A DNA stretch of 62,060 nt, counting the filler, from Choristocarpus tenellus KU-1152 (Eukaryota; Protista; Phaeophyceae), in NCBI GenBank assembly GCA_964200185.2. It is 12 parts of 12 records of this genome, joined end to end, with 100 filler letters (N's around TTAATTAATTAA, not from the genome) between each part and the next. Parts side by side here need not be neighbours in the genome. Positions count along the whole stretch, not along the records: positions 22,846 to 29,435 come from CAXNAD020007804.1; positions 29,536 to 32,427 come from CAXNAD020023869.1; positions 32,528 to 40,518 come from CAXNAD020005296.1; 9 more parts are not named here. The stretch is one strand, 5' to 3'. Within the stretch, counting starts at the first letter, position 1. Every line of letters starts with the position of its first letter. Below the pieces are notes generated by a model. It was given only the letters and a program-made list of their open reading frames with translations, did no database searches and was not told where the DNA came from. The position numbers and the translations under genes were made by a program. Below are positions 24,593 through 38,129 of this stretch, piece after piece.

Positions 24593-27193
24593 GTTAGTGA
24601 TGAGAGTTCAGTGGTGTTGTAAACCACCTCTAGTGGGAAGTAGTTGAGAAGGGATGGGGGTTTTTGTCTACAACGGTGGTGATAGACTTGGCGACTTTTG
24701 GAAGTATTCAGTTTTTTCCGATTTTGACACCTTGAGTTTGCTTGACACTGACTAGGACAATCTCTAGAAGAGGATGATAGGCATGGAGTGCGTGTTTATC
24801 TGCTAAGTACATTGCGCTTCAGTAGGTTTGTGTTTATCTGCTCCACGAGGGAATGGAGAATTCTATAAGTAGTATATCTGTATTTGTATTTGTGTATGTG
24901 TGTACACCATTGACAGGGTTTGTATGAATGGAGAATCTCCATTCCTCTTGGAAGCAAACTCATTCAGGTTGGTTATTGGAATATATAATGCTGTGTTAAC
25001 TTATAGGGGAAGAGTTGCACTGAATGTACTGATAAGTGACAAAACCGGAGAGCATTTGGAATTTGTGAATTGGCAAAGATTATGATTCGTATTATCTCAT
25101 TGATTGCAATTATTAATACTTGGGAAATAGGAAGCAGATTATACTATCTCTCTTCAAATTGACACTTGGCTGAATGTCCAAGTCATTAGTACAAGTGAAT
25201 AGCGTTATCTCTCCACTAACTACACTCTATATCTGTGAGGAGAGTGATCGGAATTGAAGGTACTTCTTTTCCATTTTTCCTGTAGATGAAGCTCTCACTC
25301 ACGAGGTTTAGTCTCTGTCGTAGAGTGTTTAACTGCGCTGTACAGTCCGAACTAGTTGGTCGCGAGTTTTAACTTCAATCACGTCCTTAGCCTCACATAC
25401 ATCCAAAAGGTCTTTAGGGTTGGTGGGTTGGTTGATAAGCGGTCTTGTAGTGGACAACACAGAGGTGTTTTTTTTCGAGTATTAAAGTGATGCAAGCATG
25501 AACAGGTTTACATGGGATTTTGTCATTGTTGTACTACTGTTGACACAAATGCTGAAGTTAGTGTAATTACCCATGCCAAGTCGAACTCCTTGCGGATAGA
25601 TCAATAACTCGTAGTATATGTAGTATACATGATAATTTCGTTGTTGTTCGTTAGAACCATGTGTAATTTCAGGCAATGAGGTCTCATTGACAAGATCTTG
25701 ACTATTTCTTCATTGGTTGATGCGGAACCAGTGAGGTTGATATGCTTCATACATAGCCAATGAAAATTACTGGATCGTGGTGATGCTGTGAGTGAGTGGA
25801 CAATCAAATCCTTTTTGTGAAAAGGCCTCTAACATGCTTGTATTTTCGAAGTACCAGTTGTTGTCCTCCAGTGCTAAGTTATGCCAGTTCCTCTTTGTTT
25901 TACTAACCTGAAGAATTTAACTTTCAACCCAAGCACGTAGGTCAGCTCCAACTATTTCAGCCCAATAGGTTCTTAGTCTGGTGTGTTTCCTTGCCATATC
26001 ATGTCGATCTCCCTGTTGTGAGTACTGGTTCTCCATCACATCTGTGTGCTCGCATCTCCCAAGGGGATCACTTTTGTCTGTCTTGCACTGGCTATAACTT
26101 GTTTGATAATTGGTTTCTCATCTTCTGTACATCTACTTGCTTATCTCAGTCTGTTGTGTTTTGGAAATGCTTTGGCTGTTCAATGCGTAGAGTTGAGTCT
26201 CTTTGGAAGGTTCACTCAACAGGACTGGGATAGGGTAACTTGTCATTCATGACTGTAAACTGGACAAGGGTGTGGTCTGGCCTGGTTGAATCATGTCCGA
26301 ACATAGTTACACCAGGGTTTTTTGCAAAAGAGAACTACTCAAGTAGAGTATTTTGCTTTGTGTGGTATGGATATGTTTATTAGTGGAGTGAGCACAGCCC
26401 TAACCCTTGGTGGTGGGGGATGCTCTCTCTCATAATCTTCTTGTTTATTACGTATATCAGCTGACACATCAAGACGTGTCCTGCTGTTACATCATACTAT
26501 GTCACTTATCCTGTGCAGCTAGTACTATGTCAGAACTCCTCCATCAGTACATTTATATCAAGCAATAAGAAATCGATCATCTGAGATTCTACCTCATTAC
26601 TTTATACACACGAACACAAGTCAATGACACTTGTTCCACTTAGCCAACATTCCTGTTGTGTAGTAGTGTTCACTAAACATGTATAAACCATACAGACTAT
26701 CAGCCTATATATATTGCACAGGTTTTTAGCAAAAATGTGGGAGTCAGTTTTCACTTGTTGGTACTGTCCTAAAAGAGGTAGATTTATCAGTCTAGACTAC
26801 ACTGTACTATTGTAGTAAAATAATTTTCATTTTCATTTCTCATCATACTACTCTAGTGAATATTTAAGAAAATTGAAAAGGGACTACTCTGACAGGACCA
26901 ACTAATAATAAATGAATATAGTACATGGAATAAACCAAGTTATATTAATATTTCGTTGTGTTGTGAGTAGTTGGATGTATGTGCACCATAGTTCAACAAT
27001 CTATGTGAGGTGGAAGAATTTTGTGCATTCCCTGAAGCAATCTAACTCCGTCACATGCCACATACACAATTTTTTCCTCCCACCGAGACGTACCTTGTTA
27101 CCTGCCTTGGGGATGTTTGACAATTGCCACTCATTTTTAGCTATCTACACCTACCTAGCTTCGATTCTGTCTTCATAGGTGCTAGCTATACAA

Positions 27194-27452
27194 GTGTCAA
27201 AGTATCTTAGAGGTTAAAGCCGCGTCCGTTTGGGGGTTAAAATCTTATGTTGCGATTTCGGGGTAATTTTGGCTATCGTATTTGTTAGGAAGTGTCAATA
27301 TCCTTGTTGTAGACACACCTTTTCATAGAGTATACACTTTTACCCTACGCCGAGACATTTCAGAGTACGAAAATGTCATAAAGAACTAGTCGGATCCAAG
27401 CCCCAAACGAACAAACAAGGAAAAACTCCTACCGTCTAAGATACTTTTACTC
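27194..27452 (-). mobile_element. MITE family A, full copy with CAA flanking duplication
   Basis: Termini gtgtcaaagtatcttagagg ... cgtctaagatacttttactc, flanked by caa on both sides. Confidence 0.85.
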
Positions 27453-30006
27453 CAACCCACAATTGCTGTTACACTATTACTACTATTATAGTACCTACTG
27501 TACAACTTTGTTGTACTTCTGAATAGTCACGGAAGATTATTCTTAGAACCTATTGACATTTTGCCGTTCATTGTTGTGTCACTTGTCAAAGGGGAGGAAG
27601 AACATTTGAGAAAATACCTGAACCAACAATAATACAGTCTGCAGCAAAGGCCTTCCTCTGATATAATACTTGGAAGTATATCACAGTTCTTGTACTATAC
27701 TCATTCTTTTACTCTGTGCTAACAATTTACCAGACCGAAAGGCTAGACCAGGGCCACGACCCAGTCCTGTTACAATTCCAGTGGCCCTGGTCCAGCCCTG
27801 TCAAAGTATACTTCATGCGGACCAGTTGCGGCCCGGTCCGGATATTATGCTCTCTGATGGCCCTGGACGAGTCCTGTTGAAGTATACTAAGAACTCTGAT
27901 AATAATGTTGACGGCATGTCATACCCACTCCCAGTACAGGCACAAGGGGGAGGTGGCCATCCATTCCATACATACTATGTACAGTCCATCCTTAGGGGCA
28001 CTTACTACTGTAGATAGATTTAGGAGGTAGACGTTGACTGTATTGTCTCAAAAATCGATCCTTCTGACTTCATTACAAAATGTTTCCGTATTGCGATCAT
28101 TCTTATGCCGTAGGTGTTGAGAAGTCGTTCTGATGCCACCATGTTGCAAAGTATAACAACATGAATGTCTTGTCCACTATTCTTTTTTAGCATCCGCAAC
28201 TCTGACACAACTATGATACCATTGACTATCTCCCTCTTCGTGCACCAAGGAGGTCACACCAATCGCAACATACCAAACCACTGATGTCCTTAACTCTCAC
28301 CTTTCTGTAGGATGCATGCATTCCTTGTGCAGTTTTGGCCATGCCTATTAATTATTTCGCTAGGCTCTAATATTGGGAACTAAACTATTAATCTCTCTCG
28401 TATTTGAGACCGATACTGGAAAGAAGATGAAATTCACCTCATTATCATGTGAGATCCTTTTATTCAAATTCGGAGGGAAATTCTTGGTCTTGAGAAAATG
28501 AGGTGCAAATGTTTCTGTGTGAATGACACAACTCTGGACCCCTCTTGTATCGAACAGAGGTCAGAGCATTTAGCACTCTGGACCTCGAGGATGACTCTGT
28601 TGTTGTGGTAATTCGAGGTGTATGATGTTGAGGCCACTTCTGTAACTGATGCGATTCCTTGCTGCTTGGGTATGGGACTCGCGTCGCAGATGGTCTGGAG
28701 GCTAAGCGAGAGTCGTACGGATCTAATCGAGGTGCTGAGATGTTGTGCGACGATGGGGGATGTAGTACCCACCTCCAGGCGCAACACAGTCACCGAAAAT
28801 GTGACCGAAAAAGGACCTTTCTTTATTCAGTTCCATTTCTGGAACAGATTCAGAACTATTTCGTACCAAAATGTGAAGAAAAAAATCCTTCCGAACTATT
28901 ACATCCCGAACTTTAATAAGGTGACCTGGTTCAGTCAGTCGATTTTTATTAGTGTGACAAAATTTCGGTTCAATAGGATGTCATTTTGAGACAATTTCAG
29001 GTCAATAATCGCCAAAAACATCTTTTCTCATGATCAAATTCCCAAAAAATACTCCATTTTGAAATCAATCGTGCGGTTGGTGCTGTCACCATCATCCTTA
29101 GTTCATCTTCTAGTTCCAAAAGTTGGTGAGTTTTGTCGCAACTCTTTTTTTGTCAAAATAGTGTTCCCTGAACGACACAAACAAAACAAGTTCTAGCACT
29201 GCATATTATGTGTCGGGTGTCGAACACCAGCTGTATCTACTTAATCTATCTCCAGACAATTTTTGTTCACACGTCTCTCTCCACTGACGAGCAAATACTC
29301 CTTTCTCCGTTCAACATCATCAGCTTGAACAGTTTGTCTCGCAGGCTAAAATATAGAGATAACAGCCGATTTCAAAAATTGAGCATGGAACTTTTCATTG
29401 AGGATGGACTTGACCCAAAATTGACTGGGATAAAGNNNNNNNNNNNNNNNNNNNNNNNNNNNNNNNNNNNNNNNNNNNNTTAATTAATTAANNNNNNNNN
29501 NNNNNNNNNNNNNNNNNNNNNNNNNNNNNNNNNNNATTTTGAAGAAGAGAAAGTTTACTACAGATATCTTGTTTCAACGAGGAGAATCCTTCACCCAACC
29601 CGTACTCCCTGGGCCCCCTTCTCCATTCAAGTACCATGGAACAACTAATCAAGAGGTGGCTCTGACTACATGTACAGAACTCGCAGGAAAAGCAGATACG
29701 CTAAACAAAAATAATAGTATACAGTGCTGGGCAGGTTAAGATACGATCAATTAAGATTGCCTCTCACTTCAGCCTTTCCTCTTGTCTCACCCTCTTCACT
29801 CCCTCTCCCATCCTTTTTTTTCCCTTCATTGATCACTCGTGCTGCCTCTCCTTCATACCCTCTTGCCTCTTGACCTTTCCCCTGTTCTCCTCCCCTAGCC
29901 TCTCTGCCCCACCTATTATTCCCCTCCACGACTGGTCCAGCCTCTGACCTCTCAAACTCTTTCCCCATTGACGCACGCTACATTCTTGGGTCTTGATATT
30001 CAACAG

Positions 30007-31188
30007 ATTGCCCAGAACGTAAGGGAAAACGCCTCTCGGAACAAACTACTCACCGAGGAAAGAAACGCCATCCAGGCTCACTTCCAGCAACTCAAGGGTC
30101 GAATGAACAAATTCAGGGGAGTGCAGGCAAAACGTCTTGGGGAGCTCACACAGGTAGGGGGTGCATTGTGCCATGGTAAGGGCCACTGTAGAAGGGAAGA
30201 TATGGTGCTGGGCGAGCCTTGATGTCATAATTTTGGACGATAGTTAGGGATTTGGTGGTTGGATCCTCATGGCATGAGAGGAAAAGAACAGGAGGGTGTG
30301 TTTGGTGGTTGTTTTTTGCTCTAACTCACTGTCAGCAACGGCACAGGGTAATAGAATCACCGTAAGTTGGGGGGTACTTTATCCTGTTGAGGTGGAGAGA
30401 AGCAAGGTGCTCATAATAATCCCTTGATTTAGGTATATGGTTAAGCTGACGGAAGCCAGGGAACTCTCATATTGATAGTACTGTTCCAGTCAAACTTCCA
30501 TCAGCCAAACGATTTATTTTCTGGGCTGAAAATGTGAGGGAGTCTAGTTGGGTCAAAGACCTTTTGTGAATGATATTTTATTCTTTGAAGTATCAGGTTT
30601 AGCTGCTACACTACAATAAAGAATGTACTTTTTGAGTCATTCTCTTTTGGTTGTGGGTCAATTGAGTTGATTGGGGTGGGGGGGGGTGGGGGGGGTGTAA
30701 GGGATAAAGAGAAGGGTGTATGTATGCCTGAGTGAGAGTACAAGTGGTGAATAATCTTGAAGGATCGAAAGGTTGTTGTAAGAGGGCTCCTGAAATCCAG
30801 AAGATCAATTAGTCAATCCACCACACACAAGTCTGTGCAACGTGTCTTCAAGACCAAGGCTTGCACACAGCGGAGGTAGAGAGCGACTACCTGGAACGGG
30901 GATCTCAAGTCCGAGGCACAGCCAGTCCAGCAAGTCTAAGCCTTCCACTCCTCATCACTTATCAATTAACACGAGATACGATGAGGAAGTGAATGAAAGG
31001 GGGAGACTACACTTCTTTCTTTTTTGAGTAACCAGTGAAGTGAAGAAAACAATGTAACAGTGGGTGCATCAAAATTCGTATTTTTTTAAGAATTGCACCT
31101 TCTACACACTTGCATTGACACAATTGCTGTCGGTGATGGATACAATGAACAAGGGGGAAGCGACGATATGCATGTGTGTGTGTAAGAG

Positions 31189-31231
<43 letters not shown>

Positions 31232-31798
31232 TAGTTGGGAGAACATTTGTGTAGAGTGTATAAACTTTTCCAAGAAGATGAAGTTATGGAGGGCATCGTT
31301 TTGTGCTGGCTGATCTTTGATACTATAGATGAGAATATAATTAAACCTGTGACTCACCCAAGGAGGATGGGTGCACTGAGCTGTCAGTGAGTGGTTCAGA
31401 AGTAGAAGAAGGTGCGACTGAGTGTACTTTGGTTTAAGGCTTGATACAAGGAGAAGCTCAAACTCCAATGTGTCATAGACCTGCTCTCATCCTCTGCCCC
31501 AGCGCTTTGCCCTCACAGTATTTTATGTATGAACTGCTGCTGCACTGTAGGTGGCACCCCTCTGCAAACTCAGGGCTGGTGTATAGTATCACGCAGACCA
31601 TCCACTATCAAAACGATCCACTACCAAAACCAATAAGAGTGCTTATTTTTAACATTCCTCCGTCCACGACCAACGCTACACTTCTTGTCTCAGAATGCCA
31701 ACGCTGTTAAGAAGAAGCTTTGCCAACAGCTGGACATGGCGAACCAGATCCTCACATTAGGCGAGCTAGCCCGCAAGATGGAGATAGAGCAGGAGAAG
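30007..31798 (+). CDS. DRC2: Dynein regulatory complex subunit 2 (CCDC65), internal exons 30007-30153 and 31694-31798
   Basis: RN.LL.EE.N.I..HFQ.LK.RM.KFR..Q.KRL..LT | N...KK.L......IL.L.EL.RK.E.EQEK matches the conserved C-terminal region of CCDC65/DRC2 as I recall it. Phase-0 GT-AG exons. Confidence 0.8.
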
Positions 31799-32527
31799 GT
31801 TTGTGAGCGCGCGCGCACGCGCACGCGCGTGTACCCCTTTCCCCTTTCACATTCCACTTTGTTAGAGCTACCTCTGTCAGTAGCTCTAGAGTAATATTCC
31901 ACAAGGTGCTGTGCAGCAGGAGTGCCCATTTTCGTGTTTTGAGAACACTGAAACTATACTTTGGTGGAGATCTTTTACGCTGTGCTTCAGTACACTTTTT
32001 TTTTGTGGCGAAAAATAGGATCTCGATGAATTTATGCGAATACGGTCTACCGCCGAGCCATCTCGACAGACACAGACACAGACATGTGTGTAGCAGGGCG
32101 GTGTGCTGGCAAGAGTGGGATGAGGCTCAGGACAAAAGATGGACCTCTTAGAAATGCCCAAACAGTGCTGCAGCTTCTGGTAGTGAGTGCTTTAAAAGGT
32201 ACACTGCCATCGTTGATGAAAAATTCTGGACATGGTGTTGGCGGCATGACATTCTCAATTTCGTCATCGGAAAGTGGTTTGTTTGTGCTCCTTCCAGTCC
32301 CTCTCATCCTGCAGTATGTACCTACTGCTGTATCCCCCCAAAATCTCAATGGGCGTATGATACCCGTCTTTTTCAGGTCAACTCCCCTCCAGTTCTGACC
32401 CGAAGCGAATTGGGAGGTACCCAGATTNNNNNNNNNNNNNNNNNNNNNNNNNNNNNNNNNNNNNNNNNNNNTTAATTAATTAANNNNNNNNNNNNNNNNN
32501 NNNNNNNNNNNNNNNNNNNNNNNNNNN

Positions 32528-32633
32528 TTAACACTTCCTAAACACACACAATAGCCAAAATTACATCAAAATTGCAACATTGGACTTTGGCCCCCAAATG
32601 GACGCGGCTGTACCCTCTAATATACTTTGGCTC
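32528..32633 (+). mobile_element. MITE family A, right end at contig start
   Basis: ...ccaaatggacgcggctgtaccctctaatatactttggctc. Confidence 0.85.
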
Positions 32634-32735
32634 AGAGAGGGGTGGGGTATGCTAGACCACTGACGCGGAATTAATATGGATATATTAGACCAAAGGTACG
32701 CAGTGCTTCACAATCGTTTTACGAAACGATTGTGT

Positions 32736-33760
32736 TCAAGGTGCCGTGAGAATCTCACCTTCTCTCACGCATATGTAGACAAGGGTGGCGATAGCGTTGA
32801 AGAATTGGACGGAGGTCTGGTCTGTGAGTCTATTTACCCCGGCTTCCATAAGTGTGTCCTCCCAAGCTTCTTTAAGGAATGCCTTTATCTTGGCAGCTAC
32901 CCTCCTCTTAATAGCCATCTGTAACGTGGTGTCGTCACTTCGGAAGTCTATGTCACCAAGACAGTACTGGTTGCACTTGGTGACCAATGTTGCCATGCGC
33001 GTGCGACGACAGGGTCCTCTTCCATGTCATTGACGTAAGGGTGGGACCTGTCGCAACCGAAGTCGCGCCTATACTGCAGGATAGCGGCGACCCAGGATAC
33101 CATCCAGTGGAATATGTCGAGAATGTTGGGCAAATGCGACCTACTGGCCGCCACACTCTCTCATATCGAAATGGATTCAGCCTTTTCGCGGTTGCAGTGC
33201 GGATAGATCTTCCATATGAAGCTCCCGTTATCGCCTACCTAGAGGTTCGCTCCAACTTCCGAGGCCCATCGCGCTGTGACATGCGGTGGGGGGTTGATGC
33301 CACCTGGGATATTTTCCTTGTGCGCGACGCACAATGGATTGTCCTCAGTACCATTATGCGGTGTTGTCCATTCAGGCAAAATAAGAGGTTGTCATCGTCA
33401 TCTATATCCCTCTCGTCGCCATTCTCGTCTACGTCGAGGTTGCCGTTGGTGATGTAACTTGTAAGTAGTTCGCCATGAGGCACACCAGAGGGCACGTTCG
33501 CCCTGCGCATGTCAGCTTTCATGTCGCTTATGGTCTTCCATCTGTAGCACATGGAAAAAGGCTGTCCACTCAGGATACCTGCGAGCCTATCGGCAGCGAC
33601 AACTGGGTCCGGCCCTAGCTTGGAGAACATAGACTCCACTGGATCGGTGTCCAGGAGGTTAGCATTATACCTCTGTGTCATGTAGGCAGACGTTGCAAGG
33701 TCCATCATGCAGGTCGCGCTGATGTTGGACGTTACGATGTACGCGATTTTTTGGTTTCAT
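32736..33760 (-). pseudogene. Decayed gene with a ParB/sulfiredoxin-like (DGQHR-type) N-terminal domain
   Basis: ORF 33708-33235 contains TQR and LLFCLNGQHRIMVLR. Coding-like sequence continues through a stop and frameshifts (33154-32948, 32996-32736). Confidence 0.5.
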
Positions 33761-34186
33761 TAGTTTTCGGACCTCCGGCCGACTGTCTGTGAGGACGGAG
33801 GGGAATGTTGGGACAATGGTATCAGCAAAGATCAATGGTGTCCACGCAGGGGTGGATGCGACGGTTAGCCGGGCGTATGAAGGGTGTCTTTATATGAACA
33901 GCGGTGGACCATGTAATTAATGATGGCGTGGGTTCTGCACGGAGTGCAGGGTTCGTGTCTGTGTGTGGGCTATGCAAAGGAGATATGAAAAGAGCGTAGC
34001 GATTGAGTGGAAATGGGGACGGCGTAACGCTTTCCTACCAGGTAGCTATTTACCAAGAAATATGAAACTGTCAACGCGGTTGACTTGGGATGGATATGAA
34101 TATGAATAATACGTACCAATATCGGACGCAACCTGGTGTGAATTTACGCGCAGATCAAGGTCAGATATAGCAGGGGCAATCATGTA

Positions 34187-34475
34187 CAGGTTTGCGCTTG
34201 ACACTAGGCTGATAATAATGAATGAATTTTATGTGTTCTGACCAACGGTAATGGCGATCAAATAAAGGAGCGCGGCGAGGCGGTCGAGGGTGTGTGTATC
34301 GATTTGAAGTTGTAACAACCCGAGCAGATAAACATAATGTCGAACCGAGAAAGTGATAGATGAAGATGAAAGGAATTTACGTGCTGACCCGGATTAAATG
34401 TTGGGAAAGTAATCACGCGCAGGTTTGCGCTTGACACGAGGCTGATCATAATGAATGAATTTTATGTGTTCTGAC
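34187..34475. repeat. 56-bp direct repeat (34187-34242 and 34420-34475), core of a ~233-bp-period duplication
   Basis: caggtttgcgcttgacac.aggctgat.ataatgaatgaattttatgtgttctgac occurs twice. Confidence 0.9.
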
Positions 34476-35160
34476 GAAAGGCAAAGGCCATCAAATTCCG
34501 TAGCACGGCCAAAACGGTTCGGGGGTGTGTATGTATATTTCCGATTTGAAAGTTATCGGAAATGTTCCAAAAGTATCGGAGCCCTTACACGCGCGTATCG
34601 AAGGTGTTACCACGTCATCCTGGACGGACGGATGTCGTGGCGCGCGAAATTGCATCGTGGAATCTTCCTTCTATTTCGGATCAATTGTCTGATTACTCCG
34701 ATCGAAAGTGACAGGAACACATGTTCCAATTTCCGAAAAAGGTTCGGTCGAATTCGCTGTAGCCCTTTCGTCTTGGAGCCTTTGAATTTATTCTATGACT
34801 ACATTTTTGATCCGAGGTGAAATCTATAAATTGCGGATTTGGATAAGTGTTGAAAATGTGGGTTATTTTTTTCTCGGGGCTAGGGTTGGAATCATGAGTG
34901 CTGGTCGAAATATGTTAGTGGTAGGGTCGCGTTCATTTTGTGCGACCGAATTCGAATGTTGCTTTTTTGCTATCGTTATTGTCCTCTTTATTTTTTGGAT
35001 ATGTAAATATAACCACATGACAAACACTCCTTTCCCATAGTGTAGACATTGTACTTCTCCAAAACATTTTTGGAGCAAAAGTACAAAGTCCTTCGAAAAC
35101 TGTGTCCAGTGGAGCCCCAAAAGGACAGACAGGGAAAACTAGTGCCCTGTAACATTGAGC

Positions 35161-35765
35161 ATCGAATCTACAAATGCTGGAATCTCCACCGTGGACAGAT
35201 TGTGTGTACACGGTTCGGAGCACAAATAATTACAGGGCATTGAATCTAAAATGGTGATATTGCCACCGTGGAGAGGTGGTGGTGTGTACACCCTTGGGAC
35301 CACAAATAATTACCGTTCTTCGGATCTAGAAATGGTGATATCATCACCATGGACAGGTGGTGTGTACACAGTTGGGACCACAAATAATTACAGGGCATCG
35401 AATCCAAGAATGGTGATATAACCACCACGGACAGGTGGTGTGCACACGGTTGGGACCACAAATAATTACAGGGCTTCGGATCTAAAAATGGTGATGATAT
35501 GACCACCATGGACACGTGGTGTGTGCACGGTTGGGGCCACAAATAATCACTGGACATCGAATCCAAAAATGGTTATATCACCAATGTGGACAGGCAGTGT
35601 GCACACGGTTTGGGGCACAATCAAACACAGGACATCGAATCTAAAAACGGTGATATCACCACCGTGGATAGGTGGTGTGTACACGGTTGAGAGCACAAAA
35701 CCACACAGGAAATCGAAACTGAAAATGCTGGAATCTCTGCCATACACAGGCGGTGGGTACAGTAT
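35161..35765. repeat. Minisatellite, 78-bp unit, ~7.7 copies
   Basis: Units start at 35161, 35239, 35319, 35397, 35475, 35556, 35634 and 35712. Consensus atcgaatctaaaaatggtgatatcaccaccgtggacaggtggtgtgtacacggttgggaccacaaataattacagggc. Confidence 0.95.
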
Positions 35766-36749
35766 CATCTCAGCCACATGCTAATACATGCTACATTGAT
35801 GAACGATAGTTGCAACACCTGCCAAAGGCGCTAAATCGTGACGGCATGTTTGCGACGTTGGTCATCGAGAGACGCTCCTGTGTAGGCCGCAGGAAGGGCG
35901 AACGTTTCTTGTATGGGGGCTCACCTTTTGGTTCCCTTTGGAGGCATTGTGGCGTCAGGTGGTTGTACTTCGCCTCGGACTTGATCGCGGGATTTCTGCA
36001 TGCAGTGGGCATGTTTGAAACGGGACAGGAGGAACAAACAGAAAGGGAGAGAAAATATTTTGCGCATTGAGTCAGGCTCAGAGAGGATGGCATTCGGCGG
36101 TCGGTTCACACCATCCTCCAGCCGTACGAAAATGATCACATTGCACGAGGTGACAGTCTTGTCTTTTTTTACCTTCCTATACGCCCGGTATTCAGTGTAA
36201 CGTACGGCACACAGGGATAGCCATACACGAGCACGACTCTCATGCAAGGGATACACACATACCCTCTCCTGACCAAGAGGGTATGGTCCTGTTATCTATT
36301 GTGTAATAACCGAACCATTGCCCGTACAATAAGATCCGCCTTTATTGAATGTTCTACCCCTATTACATAGTATATATTTTGCTGTTACGAACAGGCCATT
36401 TCGGGTGTTCCTTCTTCTAGGGATTAAAAACGGATATTTAATAAACGGGATTTTGCACTCTTGACATATGCCTTGAAACTTCTATGCATGACGATTCTGT
36501 TGAATGGAACAAAAAAAGTTATATATATATAACTCTTCACGCGCTAATTCTTCATTAGTACGAAAGGGTGAAAACTTAGAGTTGGCTTCTTCTTTTGCAC
36601 AGATTCGCGGTTCTTTAATCTCACATTGGAACAAAAACGTATATATACACTTTGCCTAGTGTTACATTATATTGCATAACAAAGAAAAACTTTCGCCAAA
36701 CCACATATGCGAGAGACCCCACACTCCCTCACTCTCTCGATAATAAAGC

Positions 36750-36975
36750 AACGGGTCTGGACAATATTGAGGAATTCGTCGTCGCGGTTGTTCAAGGGGT
36801 CCACATCCGTCGCACTGCAGATCTACGATGACGACCCGCCAGCCACTAGGGGATCTCTTTAACAACGGGACTGTATTCGTGGACTTTGGAGGGGTAGATA
36901 CCAGGACATCCCAAAGGCAAGATCAAGTCTGGTCGCAGCGAGACACACTTCAATGTGGCCTGTACGTTCTGTAAT
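36750..36975 (+). pseudogene. Possible Ulp1/peptidase C48-like relic
   Basis: Frameshifted VVAVVQGVH-VALQI ... VFVDF ... WSQRDTLQCGLYVL, giving the His-Asp-Gln-Cys order and a Q.D..CG.YV motif. Confidence 0.35.
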
Positions 36976-38129
36976 TGCCTCAATGGTGGATAAGCGCTTG
37001 AAGAATAGGCTTAGCGAAGCATATGGTCACCATACCCTTCCGAAATCACACTTTTGCATCGAAATCCGAGAGACATGGTATTCACTAGTTCCGCCGTAGT
37101 TCCGAGCCGGTGACGCACACCTTCTCCCATAAAGAGCAGAACGAAACCTATCGACGAAGCTCGTGTACTCTGATATCCGCATTCCAATACCTATCGGAAC
37201 CCAATGATATTCCTTGCAGTTTCCGTTTCCAATCCCAACCATAGTACCTGTCCCGACCCTAACCCTATGCCCCAACCCTGACACTCTCTCTCACCTTTAC
37301 AAGTTAATGAAATAACACCGATTCTTGTTTCCCCCTTCCTTCATCTGCTCGCCTCATCTCACACTTTGTCGTACTTTACCATTCGTCAAAGCACAGCAAA
37401 CATTGCGGCTGTCCACATACAAACCTACTTCAAGTCACACACATCATGTCGTTTTTGCCGAACGTGTTCCACAACAAATTGTGGCGAAAGTTGCTGCGGT
37501 CGACATACCAACTGTTTCGAGCCACACCCCCCCAAACCATCGTCCTGGACTCACCCCAAAACTCAATCGCTATCTCGTACCCCCCATAGAGCAAGGGGTG
37601 CATACGATGGTGTGCGCATGTGGGGCTATGTGTTGACCTACATCACATGTAACGTTCAATATTGATTACACAAAATCCATAGCACACATTAGTTTACCGT
37701 TCGTCACAACACGTCAATTGTGATACATACTTGAGCTAATCATGTCAGGGGCGACACCCACCATGCACCTGTCAAGTGCATTCCAACAGAAATTCGTGTA
37801 CCAAAACACACTTTGTACCGTTGGACAAACTACCCCCAGTCACTTCATCCTACACATGCTTCGTCCTTTTTTTGGTAGCCTTTTGTATGTGGCTCACGAT
37901 TGACCGTATATGTGACGCACACATTTTCAAGAGAATATAATCGGGGCAGTTTCGGTTGTTGATGCGTCAGACACACCCTTCTCTATGCTTTCAAAGTGGG
38001 GTGTCATTCACCACGGCCCTTTTCTGTTGAGCACCTTGAGTGACCAAACATTGTGCGCGAGCACCTTTCCCCGAAGAAAGATGCAATATTACTGAGGTTC
38101 GCATGATGAGGATCGATCACTAGTGTCAA

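Noticed and set aside
35161-35765. CRISPR array
   Set aside because: The whole 78-bp unit repeats, there are no unique spacers and no cas genes, and the context is eukaryotic.
35810-36070. SET-domain-like start (GMFAT..I....VG...GE)
   Set aside because: No RFxNH or ELxxDY motif follows.
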